This document shows, in pieces, positions 1 through 15,020 of a stretch of DNA of 64,000 nucleotides. Source of the DNA: Octopus vulgaris (Eukaryota); NCBI GenBank assembly GCA_951406725.2, contig OX597816.1, positions 151,962,001 through 152,026,000 of the forward strand, given 5' to 3'. The notes beneath the pieces are model-generated. The model was not told where the DNA came from, searched no databases, and worked only from the letters and a program-made list of their open reading frames with translations. Position 1 is the stretch's first letter. Every line of letters starts with the position of its first letter. Position numbers and translations under genes: made by a program.

Positions 1-164
1 GAGTAATTAACAATATAAACAAGAATGGAGAAAACCACATTTTTAATTGATGATTACACCATACATTACCAATGATCATTTCTATTTTGTGCCAGTATAT
101 GTAGATATAGAAAAACAATACAAAATACGATCAAATCAAAATATCTAAAACTATATGCTAACCT

Positions 165-315
165 GCACAGTTTCCATCTACCAAATTCACAAACACAGCA
201 TTGATTGGTCTGGGGCTATGGTAGAAGGCACTTGCCTAAAGTGTTATACAGTGGGACTGAACCTGAAACCATGTGTTTGAAAAGCAAGCTTCTTAGCCAC
301 ACTGTCATGTTTGCA
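165..315 (-). mobile_element. Degenerate 5' half of the abundant tRNA-derived SINE (family A)
   Basis: Reverse complement matches the head of the copies at 25666 and 63643 (ttcagtcccact...ttgggcaagtgtcttct...gatttggtaga). Confidence 0.75.
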
Positions 316-582
316 ACTGGTTTAGAACAGAAATTAACCACATGCTGTGTTTTTCTCGTCTATAAATGATCATTTAATTACAATAATTGGATTTTTCTAT
401 TGATGTGATATCTCCTTGTTGTGAGTATGAAAATAAGAGCAAGTGCATTCATGTTTGTATTGATGATGTTGCTTAACCCCAGGTCGATCCTTATCCAGCT
501 GACTTATGAACAAAGAATCAGCGGCATTCCAACCATAACCATCCTGTCTTTTTAGGGATATCTGTGACTGCATCATCTAATG

Positions 583-796
583 CAGTGGTTCTCAACTGGG
601 GCCCATATGGCCCCTGGGGTTTGTATTTCAACAATACGTAAAATATTTTAACAATTTTTAAAATTATAATTTTTAACAATATCTAATTACAAAAATATAA
701 TATGATTATTTCAAAACATTGAATGACTATGAAGATCCACCCAACTGAAATAGGAATCAAAGGGGTCTACAAGCAAAATATGGTTGAGAAATACTG
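583..796. mobile_element. Non-autonomous hAT-type MITE
   Basis: TIRs cagtggttctcaac / gttgagaaatactg; exact 8-bp TSD atctaatg at 575-582 and 797-804. Confidence 0.9.
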
Positions 797-3073
797 ATCT
801 AATGTATCCTTCCCTTTTTTTTTTTTTTTAAGCTGGCAGAGTTTTATATGAGGGTGTTTTGAGATTTGCTTGCTATTGCTTGCAAGTTCAGAGACTGTGT
901 GTGTGTGTGTGTGTCCGTGCATGCATGTGTGTGTGTCTGTGTGTTTGAGTGTGTGTTTGCTTGTTTGAGTATGTGTGCATTTGCTTGTTTGAGTGTGTGA
1001 GTGTGTTTGTTTGTTTGAGTATGTGTGTGTATGTGCATGTATGGTGTGTGATTATGCATATGCAATTTATAATGATGTGAAATGTATTGTGTTATGTTTT
1101 GCAGTTCATTGTGTTAGGTTAATGAAAGGAACATTGAGAAACTGTCAGAAGTGGTTTGGGGTTTTGGTGAATTTACGTTGTGGTTTCTATATTTTGGGTC
1201 AAATATTGTATCTTTAAGGGTTTATTTACAATGTGTTTAACTTTGGTTTGCTGTGTCATAATTGAAGATATACTTTATGTTCATATGGGATTTTAGGCTT
1301 GTTGAGTGTGTTGCTGGTGACTAACAATTGTTTCATGTTACCTTTAGTTGAACCAGGTTTCTCTCATTTAGAATTTATAGTTGGAAACGAAGAGTTGTGT
1401 GACTGAGAAGTTGAAGCAGTGGTAATTGAGATATCTTTGACAGATTCTATATGTATATTGGAAGAAAGAGGTTGGATATTGTGCATGTATAGATAGAACA
1501 GAGAGGGAGATGAAAGTCAAATTTTTGGCATCTACTTTTGGAACAGTATGGATCCAGGAGGTTGTGTTGTTATATTTAATGCATACTCAGAATTCTGATA
1601 AGTTGTTAACCAATTATCTAAATAGTTAAGTGTTATTTTTATAAGTAAAGAGAATAGCTTGAATTATAAAGGCTTATATTTTGTGATGTTGTGAAAGGCA
1701 AAGACTATTACTCTCTGTTCCATTTATTAGGTAACGAAGTAATTAAGATGCAAGTTATCATTTAATCTCTGATGAAAAAAATTTGACAATTAAAATTGGT
1801 TATTATGAATTTGCTATTATAACATTGTCAAAACATATAATCAACACAAACAGTTTACAAATTTCATGTAATACTCCACCCCATGGCTTTAAGCTAATTT
1901 AATGATGTGGCTTTTACTTAAAAATTATTTTTTTAAACTTGTTTTTTGTGCTTTTTTACTGAATAATTTAAAAAGTAATGTAATTTTTTATCAAGATTTC
2001 TTTAAATTTTATAATATAAACCTATTTGAGAAAATGAGCTTTAACAAGCACATTGCATCAAATTATGAAAGCCATGCTTGAATTAAAACCAAATAAATTG
2101 AATAATTTTGTTGGTTGATTATATAGGCAGTGTTTCATGGCATGATGATAATCAATGATTTATTTCTCATTAATGATTGATTAGAAGTATCTCCTATAAT
2201 TTTATAATTCCACCATCAGCTGTATTATATACTGATTTCTTCAAATTGCTCTCATATATGCATCCCAAATAATTCTGCAATATAGGGAATCATAATGACT
2301 GAAAAGATAAAGTGTTGGCTACTCATCTGAGGAATTCTGAGTTCATATCCTATAACAGATATCATGTTGTTCTTGGGCTATAAGAACCTAATCATTCTGT
2401 TCCATTCATTAGGCAACAGAGTAATTAAGAATAACACATTAATTTGCTATGCAAGTATGGTAATGAGTGCTTAAATAATGGTGGTGGTGGTTGTGGTGGT
2501 GGTTGAGGTGGTGGTTGCAATTATGATGGTGGTGGTGGTGGTGGTGGTTGAAGTGGAGATCAAGATATGTATTTGAATTTGTCCATATTCAGTCAACCTT
2601 GTCATGCCATCATCTTTTATAACTCTAGTTCTCTCCCATAATGCTGTTTGTGTAACAGATCTGTCCATATTAAATTCTCACTATTGCCACCCTTCTTTAT
2701 TGCTACCCATCATTCACTTCCTCTCTCTTGCTCTCTTGCTCTCCCCCTCTCTCTTTTTCTCTTAGCCTCACCCATCTTTAATGTTAACCATCACTCTCTC
2801 TCACAGTATTCTTCCAACTCATTGTTGATATATGTCATTCTTCCTCACTCTCAAAGCTCTTACTTCCATTTCTCTTGCTACTATCACACTGTCTCTGTCC
2901 TATCACTCTCTCCACCAATCATACAATGTCTGCTGTTTTTCTATTTAATCACCTTACCAACAACCAACATGTAGCTGCCTAATCTCTTCCATTACTACCT
3001 CTTCTTCTCCGATTTTGTTCCTATCACTTTTCCCACTGTTATAATCTCTTCTATCACCAACTTATATATATAT

Positions 3074-3131
<58 letters not shown>

Positions 3132-3564
3132 CAAGAGAGTGCATTGTCTCAATAAGCTTTTGTTCAACCTATGCCGGAATGGAATACTGGATATTAAATA
3201 AATGACTATGATGTGTGTGTATGTGTGGACACACTTAGGTTCGGTTACAGGAAGAGCATTTGGTTATAAAATCCTGCCTCAAATAACTCTCCATCCATAC
3301 TAGCATGGAAAAATAGAACAAATGGATGCATACATGCATGTGTGCATGCACACATACTCACACATGCACACACACACACATACACACACGCAATCATGTA
3401 CACACACACATATGCATGGACACACACATGTAGACATATATGTGTGATCTTAAAAAAAGATACTTTATAATTATTCAGCTACAATACAAAATGCACAGCA
3501 TGAAGGCTAAGCACAATGAGATGTTTTTACTAAATTTTATATCTTATGAAGGTGTGATACATAC

Positions 3565-3703
3565 TTTTGTAGGCATCAATGCTGGGAAATTTTCTTTTCC
3601 TTTCATATAACAACCTTTCATCTATCCACTGAATTTCAGAATATCTGAATGTCTCAACTGACATAGAATTTGGTGAGTCATATTTAAGATGAATCATTTT
3701 AAA
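3565..3703 (-). CDS. Candidate internal coding exon of an unidentified host gene (FKMIHLKYDSPNSMSVETFRYSEIQWIDERLLYERKRKFPSIDAYK)
   Basis: Unique sequence; acceptor ctttcatttcag| and donor AA|gtatgt; only one of three frames is open across 139 nt. No homolog recognised. Confidence 0.45.
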
Positions 3704-5544
3704 CTGAAATGAAAGCATAATTCATTGAAGTATGACTGAAAGGTTGCGTCTGTTATCTTTCTAAAAAGTATTCAGAACCGTGACCAATTTTGGAAATTTC
3801 AAAGGTTAACCCTCCTTTGAATTTAGGAAAAAGAAATTTGGTTTTGAAAGGCAACAAAAATTTTAATTGTTTGATTGTTAACTATTGAAATTTCATACAA
3901 ATTGTATTGATGTCATGAAACAGCTCTTCATTTCTGAGAGAAAGAAAACCAGAACTCTTAATGTGATGGCAGAAGCAGCTGAGAAGAATTCCAACTGAAT
4001 CTGGTGAAGGAAGATTGAAAGTGAATTTCAGATGGCATGATTTACAATACAGTCAACTGGTGTTTTAAACTGACCTGTTTCAACAGTCCAAAATACCTTG
4101 GCTCTGAGATACATTAACCCTCCAGGGTAGTTGTAATGCAGACAGTAGCACAGAATGTGGCAGCAGAGCCTTATCCAGGAGTCATGACCTGAATGTGACC
4201 TGGTCCCATTAGAGTGCAAAGAGTTAATGGTCAAAACACTTGCCTGAGTGGGGAGTAGTGGGGCTTTTTCTTTGATGACATTCTCCTATTCAGTTCTCTC
4301 TAGGTTTTTTTGCAACCAGTTATGTGTGAGATTATTGTTCTTAACCAGACTGAGATTAGACAAAAACACATTAGATTTGTTGAACATTATTAAGTGTCCT
4401 GGAGCATCATCCCTAGTTGAGCAGAATATGATCATAGTTAGCATTTGTTATTGAGTATCTCCTTTCTTTATATAAATTATTTTTGAGTGGGTATTGCTAT
4501 TCAAGTGTGACATCCCTATTCAAGTATTGCTTTACAGGACAGTGCTGCAATACACACACACACGCATGCACGCACGCACACACAAACACACACACACACA
4601 CACACACACACAGCATGCACACATCCTAAACTGCACAACACTATTTGTCTGATTAGAAATGATTAAATGATTCACTCCCCAACACACTACAATTACTTCC
4701 TCACAAACATAGAAAATCTATTCCTTGCTTCTATCATTTTTACAAGCCATCTGCTCTTCTGAACTAGTTTACCTTTTCCATCCAGGCCCAACCATACAGG
4801 CTCTCTTCTTTCCATGCACTCACTGTGTCTCATGTCTCAGACCCCTCAGTAAACTTTCTTCCCAGTTATTCTGCCTTAGAAATCCTTCCCTCTAAAATTC
4901 CTTGTTGCTCAAGCTTTTTCTGCAAACATTGACCTATGAATGTTCAACTTAATACCATTAACATCTATTTCACTAGTCTTTGTGAACTGAGGAATGTCAC
5001 AAGCACTGTTTTTCTTCCTCTTCTGACTTCAATTCTCAACATTTTAGAAACAAATAAATGTCATATTTGAATGTCAGTATAATATGCTAGTAAACAGTGC
5101 AGAAAATGTGAAAGAGTACAGAGGTGTGTAAGGCTAGCTGAAAATACCAGCTACTTAAGAGGTCAGTTGGGACACCATATCCTTAGGAGCATCATTCATT
5201 TGTCTTGAGGTTCTGGAGAATAAACAAAAGACATCTAAAGCTATAATTATAGTTGTCTATGGGACAAGGTATTGAACCATCCCCCACTCAGTAGTCATAA
5301 TAAAAAATTGTGCTGAGATCATTGCCAGTAATGTAGATACGTCTCCTTTTCTCTCACTTTCTCATCATCTCTCTCTCCTTCCCCCTCTCTGTCTGTCTGT
5401 ATGTCACTCTCTCCTCCCTCCCCCTCTCCTACTTATGTTAATAAAAGGATTTGAAACTCTAATTCCATTTTGGAACTGTTCTTTCCAGTTTTTGTATCAT
5501 ACTATTTCTACATTGGCACTTTTTTCTCCTCTTTGTGAAAATTC

Positions 5545-7250
5545 ATCATTATCATCATCATTGTCATTTAACGTCTGTTGTCCATGCTGGCATGGGTTGG
5601 ACGGTTTTGCCGGGCTGGTATGCTGGAAGGCTGCACTAAACTCCAGTCTGATTTGGCATGGTTTTCTACAGTTGGATGCCCTTCTTAATGCCAATGACTC
5701 CAAGAGTGTAATGGGTGATTTTATCTTCCACTGGTATGGGTGCTATTTGTGTGACACCGGGGTGCTTTTACATGCTAATTTATGTGACACTGGTATCTGC
5801 CATGACTGAGATTTTGCTTGGCTTGATGGGTCTTCTTCTCAAGCATGACATAATGTCAAAGGTCTCAATCATTGCTTCTGTGAGACCCAACACTTGAAAG
5901 GAACTCAGCCACTTTGCTTCCATAAGGTCAACATAATGCCAAAGGTTTTGGCCATTGCTTCCATGAAGCCTAATACTCAGCAGGAACTCCGTGAGGCCCT
6001 ATGCTCAAAAGATGTTCTTTACATGCCACCAGCATGGGTGCACTTGGCTTGATGGTCGCTAGTCATTGCCTCTATGAGACCCAAAGTTTGAAGATCATGC
6101 TTTATCACCTTGTCCCATGTCTTCCTGGGCCTACCTCTACCACAGATTCCCTCCACAGTTAGAGATCAACACTTCTTTACATGGCTGCTCACGTCCATAT
6201 GCATCACATGACCATACCAGTGCAGTCGTCTCTCTTGAACACCATATCTGATGCTTCTTATGCCTAACTTTTCTCTCAAGATGCTTACACTCTGTCAAAT
6301 ATGCATGCTGACATTGCACATCCAGCAAAGCATACTGGCTTCATTTCTTTCAAGCTTATGCAAGTCCTCAGCTGTCACAGCCCATGTTTCACTGCCATAC
6401 AGCATAGCTGTTCACACACAGGCATCAAACAATCAGCCTTTCACTCTGAGAAAGAGAGGCCCTTTGTTGCCTGCAGGGGTAGGAGCTCTCTGAACTTTGC
6501 CCATCCTAATCTTATTTTCCTGCTACACTCTTGGTGCTGGGGAGTACATTCTTCACCAAGGAGGGTCATTGTATTTAGGAACAACCATGCATCCTGCTGT
6601 TTGGTGAGAATATAATTGATCTGGCTAGCACAGTCACCTGATTAGTAGGTTATCAGGTGGCTGGCTGGTTTTCTGAAGTTTGTGTTGCAGATCAAAATGT
6701 TATTTGCATCACAGAACTCCAATAGCCTTGTTCCCTGTTTGTTTTGGGAGCCAAATCCATGGCCCCCATGCACACCACGGAAGATACCAGGCTGCTGTCC
6801 GACATGCCAATTGAAATCCCCAGCCACGAAGAGGAGATCATTGTCACTCATCTTTGAGGTAGCCTGCAGAAGAATGTCATAAAAGAGTTCCTTCTGTTCA
6901 TTTGGTAGGCCCACTTGAGGGGCATAGGCAGAGATAATTGTCACTATACTGTTCAGTAAGACTAGCCTGAGCTTAAGCACTCTATCACCCATTCTGGCTA
7001 CCTCAACCTTATCCACCTATTTCTCTGCAAGAAGTATGCCCATGCCACCTGCCCCCATCACTGTTACCTTCTCAGAAAATTTTATACCTATGTGTCTTAC
7101 CTGTGAGGAACCTGGCTGAAGCTCCTCCCCACCTTATCTCTTGTATGCAACATACATCAACACACCTCCATTCAAGCATCTAAACAATCTCACTAGACCT
7201 ACCTTTCAATGTGCCTATATTGATGGTGCCAACCCTGAAAACTGGGAAAG
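5545..7250 (-). mobile_element. Internally deleted, degenerate RTE-clade LINE (APE endonuclease fragment, C-terminus and 3' UTR)
   Basis: ORF 6642-7016 has APE motifs IISAYAPQVG, AGDFN, GGHGFG, LLEFC, NTNFRK; near 6100-6240 it reads RRLHWYGHV...RGRPRKTW; ends in the family's (GAT)n tail. Confidence 0.85.
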
Positions 7251-8459
7251 GGATGTGGGAGGGAACATAGGAAGGAGTGATGTTATTCAGCACTTGAATC
7301 GAAGGTTTCCGTGTTCATTTGATAACAGACATGTCACATCAGTTGTTCTCTCACTTTAACCTGCCATCATTCAAACATGTTAAGAAATAGAAAAGAAAAT
7401 AACACCTGTAAGGAAAAAATAAATATATGGACCTGACTGACTGCTAGGGATTTCAATAGGCTTGTCGGACATGAGGAGTTCTTAGAACCTGTACTATTGA
7501 TTTCCAGTGCAAAATAGGGATAACAGCAGCCCTCCTGAGTGGCCGCTGTAGTGAATCACTGACTATTCTCCTCAGCAATGGCATTGCAGTCATTGCTGCC
7601 GGCTGAGGCTGAGCACACCATTTGTTCTGGAGTGTGTGACCCATCGACCCCCCTCATCTTCTGCTGTTTTACTCCACCCATCACTTTTTTCTTTTCCTTT
7701 TTTTCTGTTTCTTTGTATTTAAATCTTATAATTTAAAATATGATTCATTATATAATTGACTGAAGAAATAAAGCTTTTTTGGTGAAAAAAACCCCCAAAA
7801 CATAGATAAACTCAAATGAAAAGCAACTGATTTCAAGTAAATGCTCGACCTAGTAAAATCTACTCAGAATATCATTTCTCTTGAAATAAAAAGCCAAATA
7901 ATAAATCTTTTGATTTCTTTTGCACTTGCTGCCACTGCTAACATCACTTACTCATATGCAGCCAATACAGATCTTTACTACTCCTTAACATTCTTAACAT
8001 AGATATCACCTACACATGACCTAAACATTGGTTGTGTAGATAACACCACACATTTAACCTGAGCATCCTCTTTGCACTGAAGCCATGGAAACATTTTCTA
8101 ATGCAGTCATGTAAAATTTCTCTTTTAACAACACAAAGACACAATCAGAACACATTAAGGACACAAGTACTGTATTCTGTATAAACCTTCAAGTACAACA
8201 TTCAAGTACAGCTTTCAAAATTACTACAAATTCTAGGCCTTACAATTTCTGATAATCACTCATGGTAATCTCATATTCATAGCAGTAAAATCTGTATCTT
8301 ACAGATTAGCTTCCTTTTTCAGGGCCAGAAAATACTTCAGCTCCTAATTGTTGCTGGTTCTTTATAAAGTTTGATACTTGATAGAATATTCCTCTTACAT
8401 CTGACACAGTACTTCTATTACACACATATCAGCATTGAAAGAACAATCCAACTGAATTG

Positions 8460-8725
8460 CAAAGTCTTTCATCAACACACCTCAATATCTCACACGTGCA
8501 CCCCCTCAATCCAAGCACTCATCTGACATGCCCAGTCTTTTCTCTTTTCATTACCCATTGTGTGTCTCCACTCTTCAGCACCCACACTAGCCACTTTGCC
8601 TCGTCCAAAACGACAACTGCTGGAATTCCAACCTCACCTATGCTTTTCCCTACAGTTGTCAACTTAGAGATATTGAAGCTGAACATTAACCGCACTAATA
8701 TTATCAGTGACAGACAACCTACTAA
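8460..8725 (+). mobile_element. Old CR1/L2-like LINE 3' remnant; similar remnants near 4630-5000 (+) and 38220-38440 (-)
   Basis: Decayed C-terminal pattern (HFAS...WNS...VNLEILKLNIN); the 38222-38437 ORF reads LDSIQKKAIDLIN. Confidence 0.45.
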
Positions 8726-9783
8726 GGTCATGAATTAATTCCTCTCCTCCTGGGTAAAACTTAAAAAAGAACTTGGCCATTTTATGCATGTACATATTTT
8801 ATACATAACTAAGTATAAGATATTTGATGGAGACTGGAGATCAGACTGGTTAAAATATAACATAGATATAAATATTATTTATGCTGGGTAGGTGGGTGGA
8901 ACATGTGATTCTGGTACCCCAAATATTATAGAAAACTACTGGTTCTAGTGTTGTTAGGCATACAAATTTTGATTAATTAGTCTAAAGCATGAGAACTGTC
9001 TTCGAAACATTTAGTGAAAACTCACAGAAATGTGCATATTATTTTGGAGATATTTGAGGTGTTTTTTGTTTGATTTAACTTTCTTACTTTCTTATTTCAA
9101 TAAATTCTGAACATTTAGCAGAACTAGGAGATGCATGTAAAGAAAAAAATTCTCACTCATGCCTTCTACATGAAAAAAATAGTTAAGTGAAAGCTGGCAT
9201 ACTTAATGTTGTGAGCCAAAATTTTTTTTAATTGCTTAAAATTATTATACCTTAAGAGTAAAATCATTAATGATAAAGATTCTTTTCTTCATTACAAGTG
9301 CAATTCTAATTGGTTAAATTTTTTTGCCTCAGTACATTAAAATATTCTTCTCTTCCTTTAACTAAAACATATTTGGTCTTGAAATACATAGCAAAAAAAT
9401 ATTTGAGCAAATTCAAAGTAAAAGTGTATGACATCTTAACAAATGGAAACAGTATTTCCACTCTGATATAACTACATAAGAAAATATAAAATCAGGTTAA
9501 TTAAATGGCATCTATAAATTACAAGAGAATGTTTGAAGATAAAAATTAAAATGCCTTTGCCTATTTAAAAAGTTGTATGTGATTCTAAAATCAGTTGGTG
9601 GTAGCATTATGTTTTTGGGAGCTACAAGAACAGGACCCATGAATCTAGGAGTCCATCTTAAAATGGTGAAATTGATGCCATTGATGTTGTATATGAATGT
9701 CTATTAGTTGATGTCTATATGAATGTCTATTAGTTTCATGAATGAAATAAGTGAAGCAAGAGCACACACAATGACGAAAAGAG

Positions 9784-9823
9784 CTGCTGAAGAGGTCGCA
9801 GATGTGTGACAAAAGATTTCCAG
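9784..9823 (+). ncRNA. Decayed type I hammerhead ribozyme
   Basis: ctg CTGAAGA g gtcgca gatg tgtgac AAAA gatt TC cag; G12 mutated to A at a CpG; stems I and II still pair. Confidence 0.55.
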
Positions 9824-10027
9824 ACAATGGCAATGAGTTAGAATAACAACAGTAATAAATGAGTGAATAACAAATATATAGTGCGTGTATAATAAATAAA
9901 CATAATAAATAAATACATACTGAATGCAAGGGAATGCATCTTTTGAATAATTAATAAATTTTTCCCTTATGAGGTTTTTCACGCTAACTACTTGATAAAT
10001 ATTTATAAAGATTTTATCCTATTTTTC

Positions 10028-10062
<35 letters not shown>

Positions 10063-10401
10063 TCATATATCCTCCATTTTCCATGCTGGCATGGGTTAGA
10101 TGGTTTGCCTGGAGCTGGTGAACCAGAGAGCTGCACCAGGCTCCAGTTGTTTGTTTTGGCTTGGTTTCTATGGCTGGACGCCCGTCTTAACACCAACCAC
10201 TCTAAGAGTGTGCTTGGTGTTTTTTGCATGTCACCAGCATGGGTGCTGGAAATATGACAAATATATATGCAAAATTGTTATAATTTTTTGGACGATAACT
10301 GATAAAGAATCTTTTGGACGATAACTGATGAAGTCTTGTATGTGAATCTTCTGTTTGTTGTGTTTCTGTTAAACTTTTGGAATATTATATGTATATCTGT
10401 A

Positions 10402-10762
10402 TCTATAATACATTAAAAGTAAGTTTGAATCTTGCTTGCTTGTAATGTTACTCAGCCAAACTGAAGCATAATAGGAAAATACTATGAATTAACTTTACCC
10501 TGAAATGTTAATATGAGCGGAATTAAACAAGTTTTGTGTAAATCAGAGCAGTAGTTATTGAGATATTCAAAACGGTACATAATGGGAAAATGTTTCGAAT
10601 TTAACTTCATCCTGAAAAGGAAGAAACTCTAACCTTTCAATGTCACATTCTTTGAAAGCATGCAAAATAATCTGGAAAAGAAAAAAAAACCCCATGAAAC
10701 GAGACTCTGTTGCTGGGAAACTCAGAGTTTCCCGGTGACCCAACAGGTCACAGGTAGTCTAG
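10402..10762 (+). mobile_element. Non-autonomous Helitron-like element
   Basis: 5' A|TC start; subterminal hairpin gtgacc-caaca-ggtcac then CTAG|T end; same 3' end appears inverted at 28861. Confidence 0.75.
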
Positions 10763-10793
<31 letters not shown>

Positions 10794-11765
10794 CTTCTAA
10801 AAATAAATAAATATGGTATTCTGTGGAAAAGTAGTGAGCAATCCTTCAAGCTGATGGTCATCTGACTTAAAGTTTTTAATTGTAGTTGGTCAATAAATGC
10901 TTACATATTTCTGTTGTTTATGCTCCAAGTCAACACTAATTAAAAGGATTCTTATGATATTTAGATTATCTGTCAAACAGTAAAATGTGATCCATGGATC
11001 TACTGCTTTGGGTTGGTCACAGTGGTGTATAATCTGTGACATTGTGTGTTTGAATATCACTGAATACTTTGTCTTGTGTATCTAGCAAGATCAAGTTAAC
11101 CTGGAACAGCATATCCACCTCTACTGTTCTTGCAGTTGTTGTTATTTACCTTCAGGTCATCTAGGGTTAGGCAGACCTATGACTGAAAGCATTTAACCAT
11201 GAGCAATTTCCCATTTTCTCAGTAATAGTATCTTGAATTATATTATCCACTGCATTCTTTCTTTTTAATGACAATAGCAGAAAATTAGATAAAGATTTTA
11301 CTGCTATTTCTAGCAAATCGAACGGCCATCCAGAAATTTTCTGGTTGGCTAGTATCCTCTCTAAATATCTAAATGTTATATGCTTTTCTCTGCATCATAG
11401 CACACTAACATACCTCACATTGTGCTTTCACTGTGTTAACTTTTGCCAATACAGACCACCTGTAGTTAAATTGAATGCTAACAATTATATTCAATTATCA
11501 AAGGCATAAATTCTCACAGCAATTTATGGATATGATAATAATTGGATATTATCACTATCACTAAAGATGACTACCTGTGGTCTGTGTCAATACAGTATAA
11601 ACAAAAATGTGCAGTGTGTTAGTGTCTTGATATTGAGGAAAACATCAAATATTTTGTGTTGTGCCATTCACAGCATGAAGAAACCCTTCTATTACTGAAG
11701 GGCTTAGCTCAAAACCTAAGATATTTCTCTCTTTATCTCTTTATGGTGCACTAGCATGTAACCAT

Positions 11766-11804
<39 letters not shown>

Positions 11805-11959
11805 CATACACACACACACATACATACATACATACATACATACATACATACAAACGTACATGCATGCATACATACATACACTTAAATTTACACACACACA
11901 CATGCACACATACAGACACACTCACATACAGGCACATTTAACAAAAGCTAAAATCTGAT

Positions 11960-12389
11960 ATCAACAATATCAAAGTATGAGTGTGTGTGTGTGTGTGTGT
12001 GTATTTTTATATGTATATATATGTATCTATACTGGTAGCATGGTCTTCCAATGTCTGGCCTCATGGAGGTGATGACAAGTGACTGAGACCTTTGGCAATA
12101 TACTGTGCTTGAGAAGACTTGTGAAGCCAATGGAAATTGTAGTCGTGGCTGTTGCCAGTGTCATAGCACCTGTGAAATCGTAGTTGAGGCAGTTGCTGGT
12201 GTCAAGTAAATGGCACTCATGCCGATGGCACGTGAAAAGCACTCATTGTACTCTTGGAGTGGTTGGTGCTAGGAAGGGCGTCCAGCCATAGAAACCATGA
12301 CAAATCAGACTAGAACCTGGTGCAGCCCTCTGGCTTACCAGTTCCAGCCAAATTATGTAACCTATGCCAGCATGGAAAGTGGATGTGAA

Positions 12390-12424
<35 letters not shown>

Positions 12425-12425
12425 C
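11960..12425 (+). mobile_element. RTE 3'-end fragment with (GAT)n tail
   Basis: ttaggaagggcgtccagcc...ccagcatggaaagtggatgt followed by (gat)n; same family as the 3' end of the 5545-7250 element. Confidence 0.75.
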
Positions 12426-12429
12426 AAAG

Positions 12430-13410
12430 ATGCTTAGAAAAAAGCGCTCTTCTCTAATAAGACAAACAACATCTACCTTATAGATGACAAGACATATACA
12501 CAACTTCTCCATAACAATGTAACAAGCAATTACACTAAAGCTAGGCTCCATGTTTATAATATAATCATTAAGAAAACTTAAGTTATTGCCACTAAACTTA
12601 TATTAGGTAGCAAGATAGAAACTCTCCCTAAACTATAGGCTTTTGCTACCATGAAAGGTCACAAAAATAATTTTATTGCTCACTCTAAGTGTAGGCTAAT
12701 CTGCCCAGCTAAATCAGAAATAAGACTAATTAGTAAGGACATTCTGAGAAATATCAATAGCAAGATTAGAAAAGCCACTAACGAAGCCCAATGGTCAAAT
12801 AGTATAGAAGTTATTGTTTGGTTTAAGAATGTTACAGACAAGGGAAAAGCCAGATTCACACAATTTAATATCATAGATTTCATTGCTTCTATTTCTAATG
12901 ATTTCTCAGTTAAGGCATGGAATTTTTCTAGTTGGTATGCTCTTCAGGGAGAACTTTGAATTGGTTGAGAGCTCAGATGCTGAAAGATCCTTTGACATGA
13001 ACATGGGCTTCTATGATGGAGCAGATGTATATAACCTGATTGGTTTATATCTACTCAATGTGCTGTGAAGGTCTTTCTTTTTGGTGACCGTTAGTGTCTA
13101 CAGAGATGATACTCTAGTCATATCAAAGAATAAACCAATGGCTTGGCACAGGACTGCCTGAGAAAGATAATAATCCAGATCCTGAAGGCCTTTGGTCAGA
13201 AGATTGCAACTGATACCAACCTAATTGTAGTCAATTTCCTAAACGTATTGCTGGACTTTCAGAACAACTCATATGAACTCTATAGGAAACCAAATGACAG
13301 GCTAAATTATATAAATGTAGGTTCTTGTCACACCCTATAAGTTTTAGAAACCTTAGAAACTTAGCAAGGAACATAAGTAGGAGGATTTGTAGACTCTCCT
13401 TCAGTAAAGA
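12430..13410 (+). mobile_element. Degenerate Penelope-like element reverse transcriptase remnant
   Basis: Broken ORFs give KCRLICPAKSEI, QWSNS..VIVWF, FTQFNIIDF, FDMNMGFYDGADV, YRDD, NFLNV.LD, YRKPND.LNYINVGS.H, which are PLE RT motifs; stops and frameshifts present. Confidence 0.8.
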
Positions 13411-13750
13411 AATCAAACTGGGGAACACTAGCCTCTCTAGATTAAGTGTACAGTGTCACAAACATTAATCTTTCCCTGCTAAGTTAACCACACCAACCAT
13501 TGTTAATTCCCATTCTGACAGTCCAAAAGGACACAACATTTAACTCTCTTCCTTCCATGCATTTTTCTCATTTCCTTTTTTATTTACTTTTTCTCTCAAT
13601 CTTTTTCGTCTTTTCTCACTTTTTCTCAGACAGCAGACATGTTGTATTCTGAACCTGAAAGGTTGCACAATAGTACAAGTTCATTCAACTATTGTACTAC
13701 AGAGCATAAAATTTATAGTAACTCACATTTAAATTCCAAGTATATTAAAT

Positions 13751-13823
<73 letters not shown>

Positions 13824-14684
13824 AGGCTTGAAGGTGCAAACAAGAAAATAGAACTCAAACAAAACATGAGAATATATATTTTTGTTAATCGGCAGAATTC
13901 ACAGCATAACTCAAAAGTTTAATAAGGGCCAGTGTATGAGACTCTAAGCTCTTGAGTCACTCTGTAACTTCTGCCGATCAATATACATACGTGTGTGCAT
14001 GTGTGTGTTTGTGTGTACATGTGTGTCTGTACATATATGTATGTTTGCATGCTTTTTATTTCACTGTATACCCATTTTTAGAATTTGAACTCAATACAGC
14101 ACCTAATGAAAAATACATCAATTATACAGTGTTGCCACTATTTCAACAGTGTTAAGTTGCACATCACTATCGCACCTATTGTTTATTTTGAACTGGGTGA
14201 TCTGACCTAGGAGAGCCAAGTGTCTTTCTGATGGACATTATATCATGTCAGTTATGAGCTAAAAATTCTCAAACCCATTGACAACAAAGAATTTATCAAC
14301 TGCATTGACAAAAGACAGCTGATAAATTGTATATGATTCCTCCTCATGTATTTTCTTCTCTCAGTTTGAGGAGATTCATTTACATGGTGGTCACAGCTGG
14401 AATGCATTTATCCAGAAAGTCTTCTCAATCAGGGTTGATCTGGTGTTAAACAGCAACAATTCCAATTCTTTCAGCTCACTGAACCCAGACTATATACTTC
14501 TTTTAATTTACATACATACATACATATATATTCGTTTTGTAAGATTCTTGATGCGAAGTTGTCTGTTGAAACAGATATTATTGTATTTGGGGATGGTCAT
14601 GTTGCCAGTTTAGCCCAAAAATACACATGCACTATATATTTGGTGTTCGCTTGCTTCAGTTTTATTTTATATTAATTATATTTC

Positions 14685-14728
14685 GACCAGAGCTCTTTCG
14701 TCACACTACTGTGACCTCATCAGTGATC
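14685..14728 (-). ncRNA. Minimal type I hammerhead ribozyme in a microsatellite-flanked PLE-end-like fragment (about 14530-14770)
   Basis: gatca CTGATGA g gtcac agtagt gtgac GAAA gagc TC tggtc; stems I and II pair, stem III minimal. Confidence 0.75.
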
Positions 14729-14770
14729 CTTTGCTTTCTTCCTTCTTTTCTGTGTGTCTCTCTGCCATTT

Positions 14771-14902
<132 letters not shown>

Positions 14903-14903
14903 A

Positions 14904-15020
<117 letters not shown>

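Noticed and set aside
7360-7405. Minus-strand exon after a strong acceptor (ttttttccttacag)
   Set aside because: Weak donor, stops in two frames, and adjacent to the RTE 5' region.
10285-10350. Duplicated ttttggacgataactgat(a/g)aag with CTGATGA
   Set aside because: No downstream GAAA or pairing stems; only a short local duplication.
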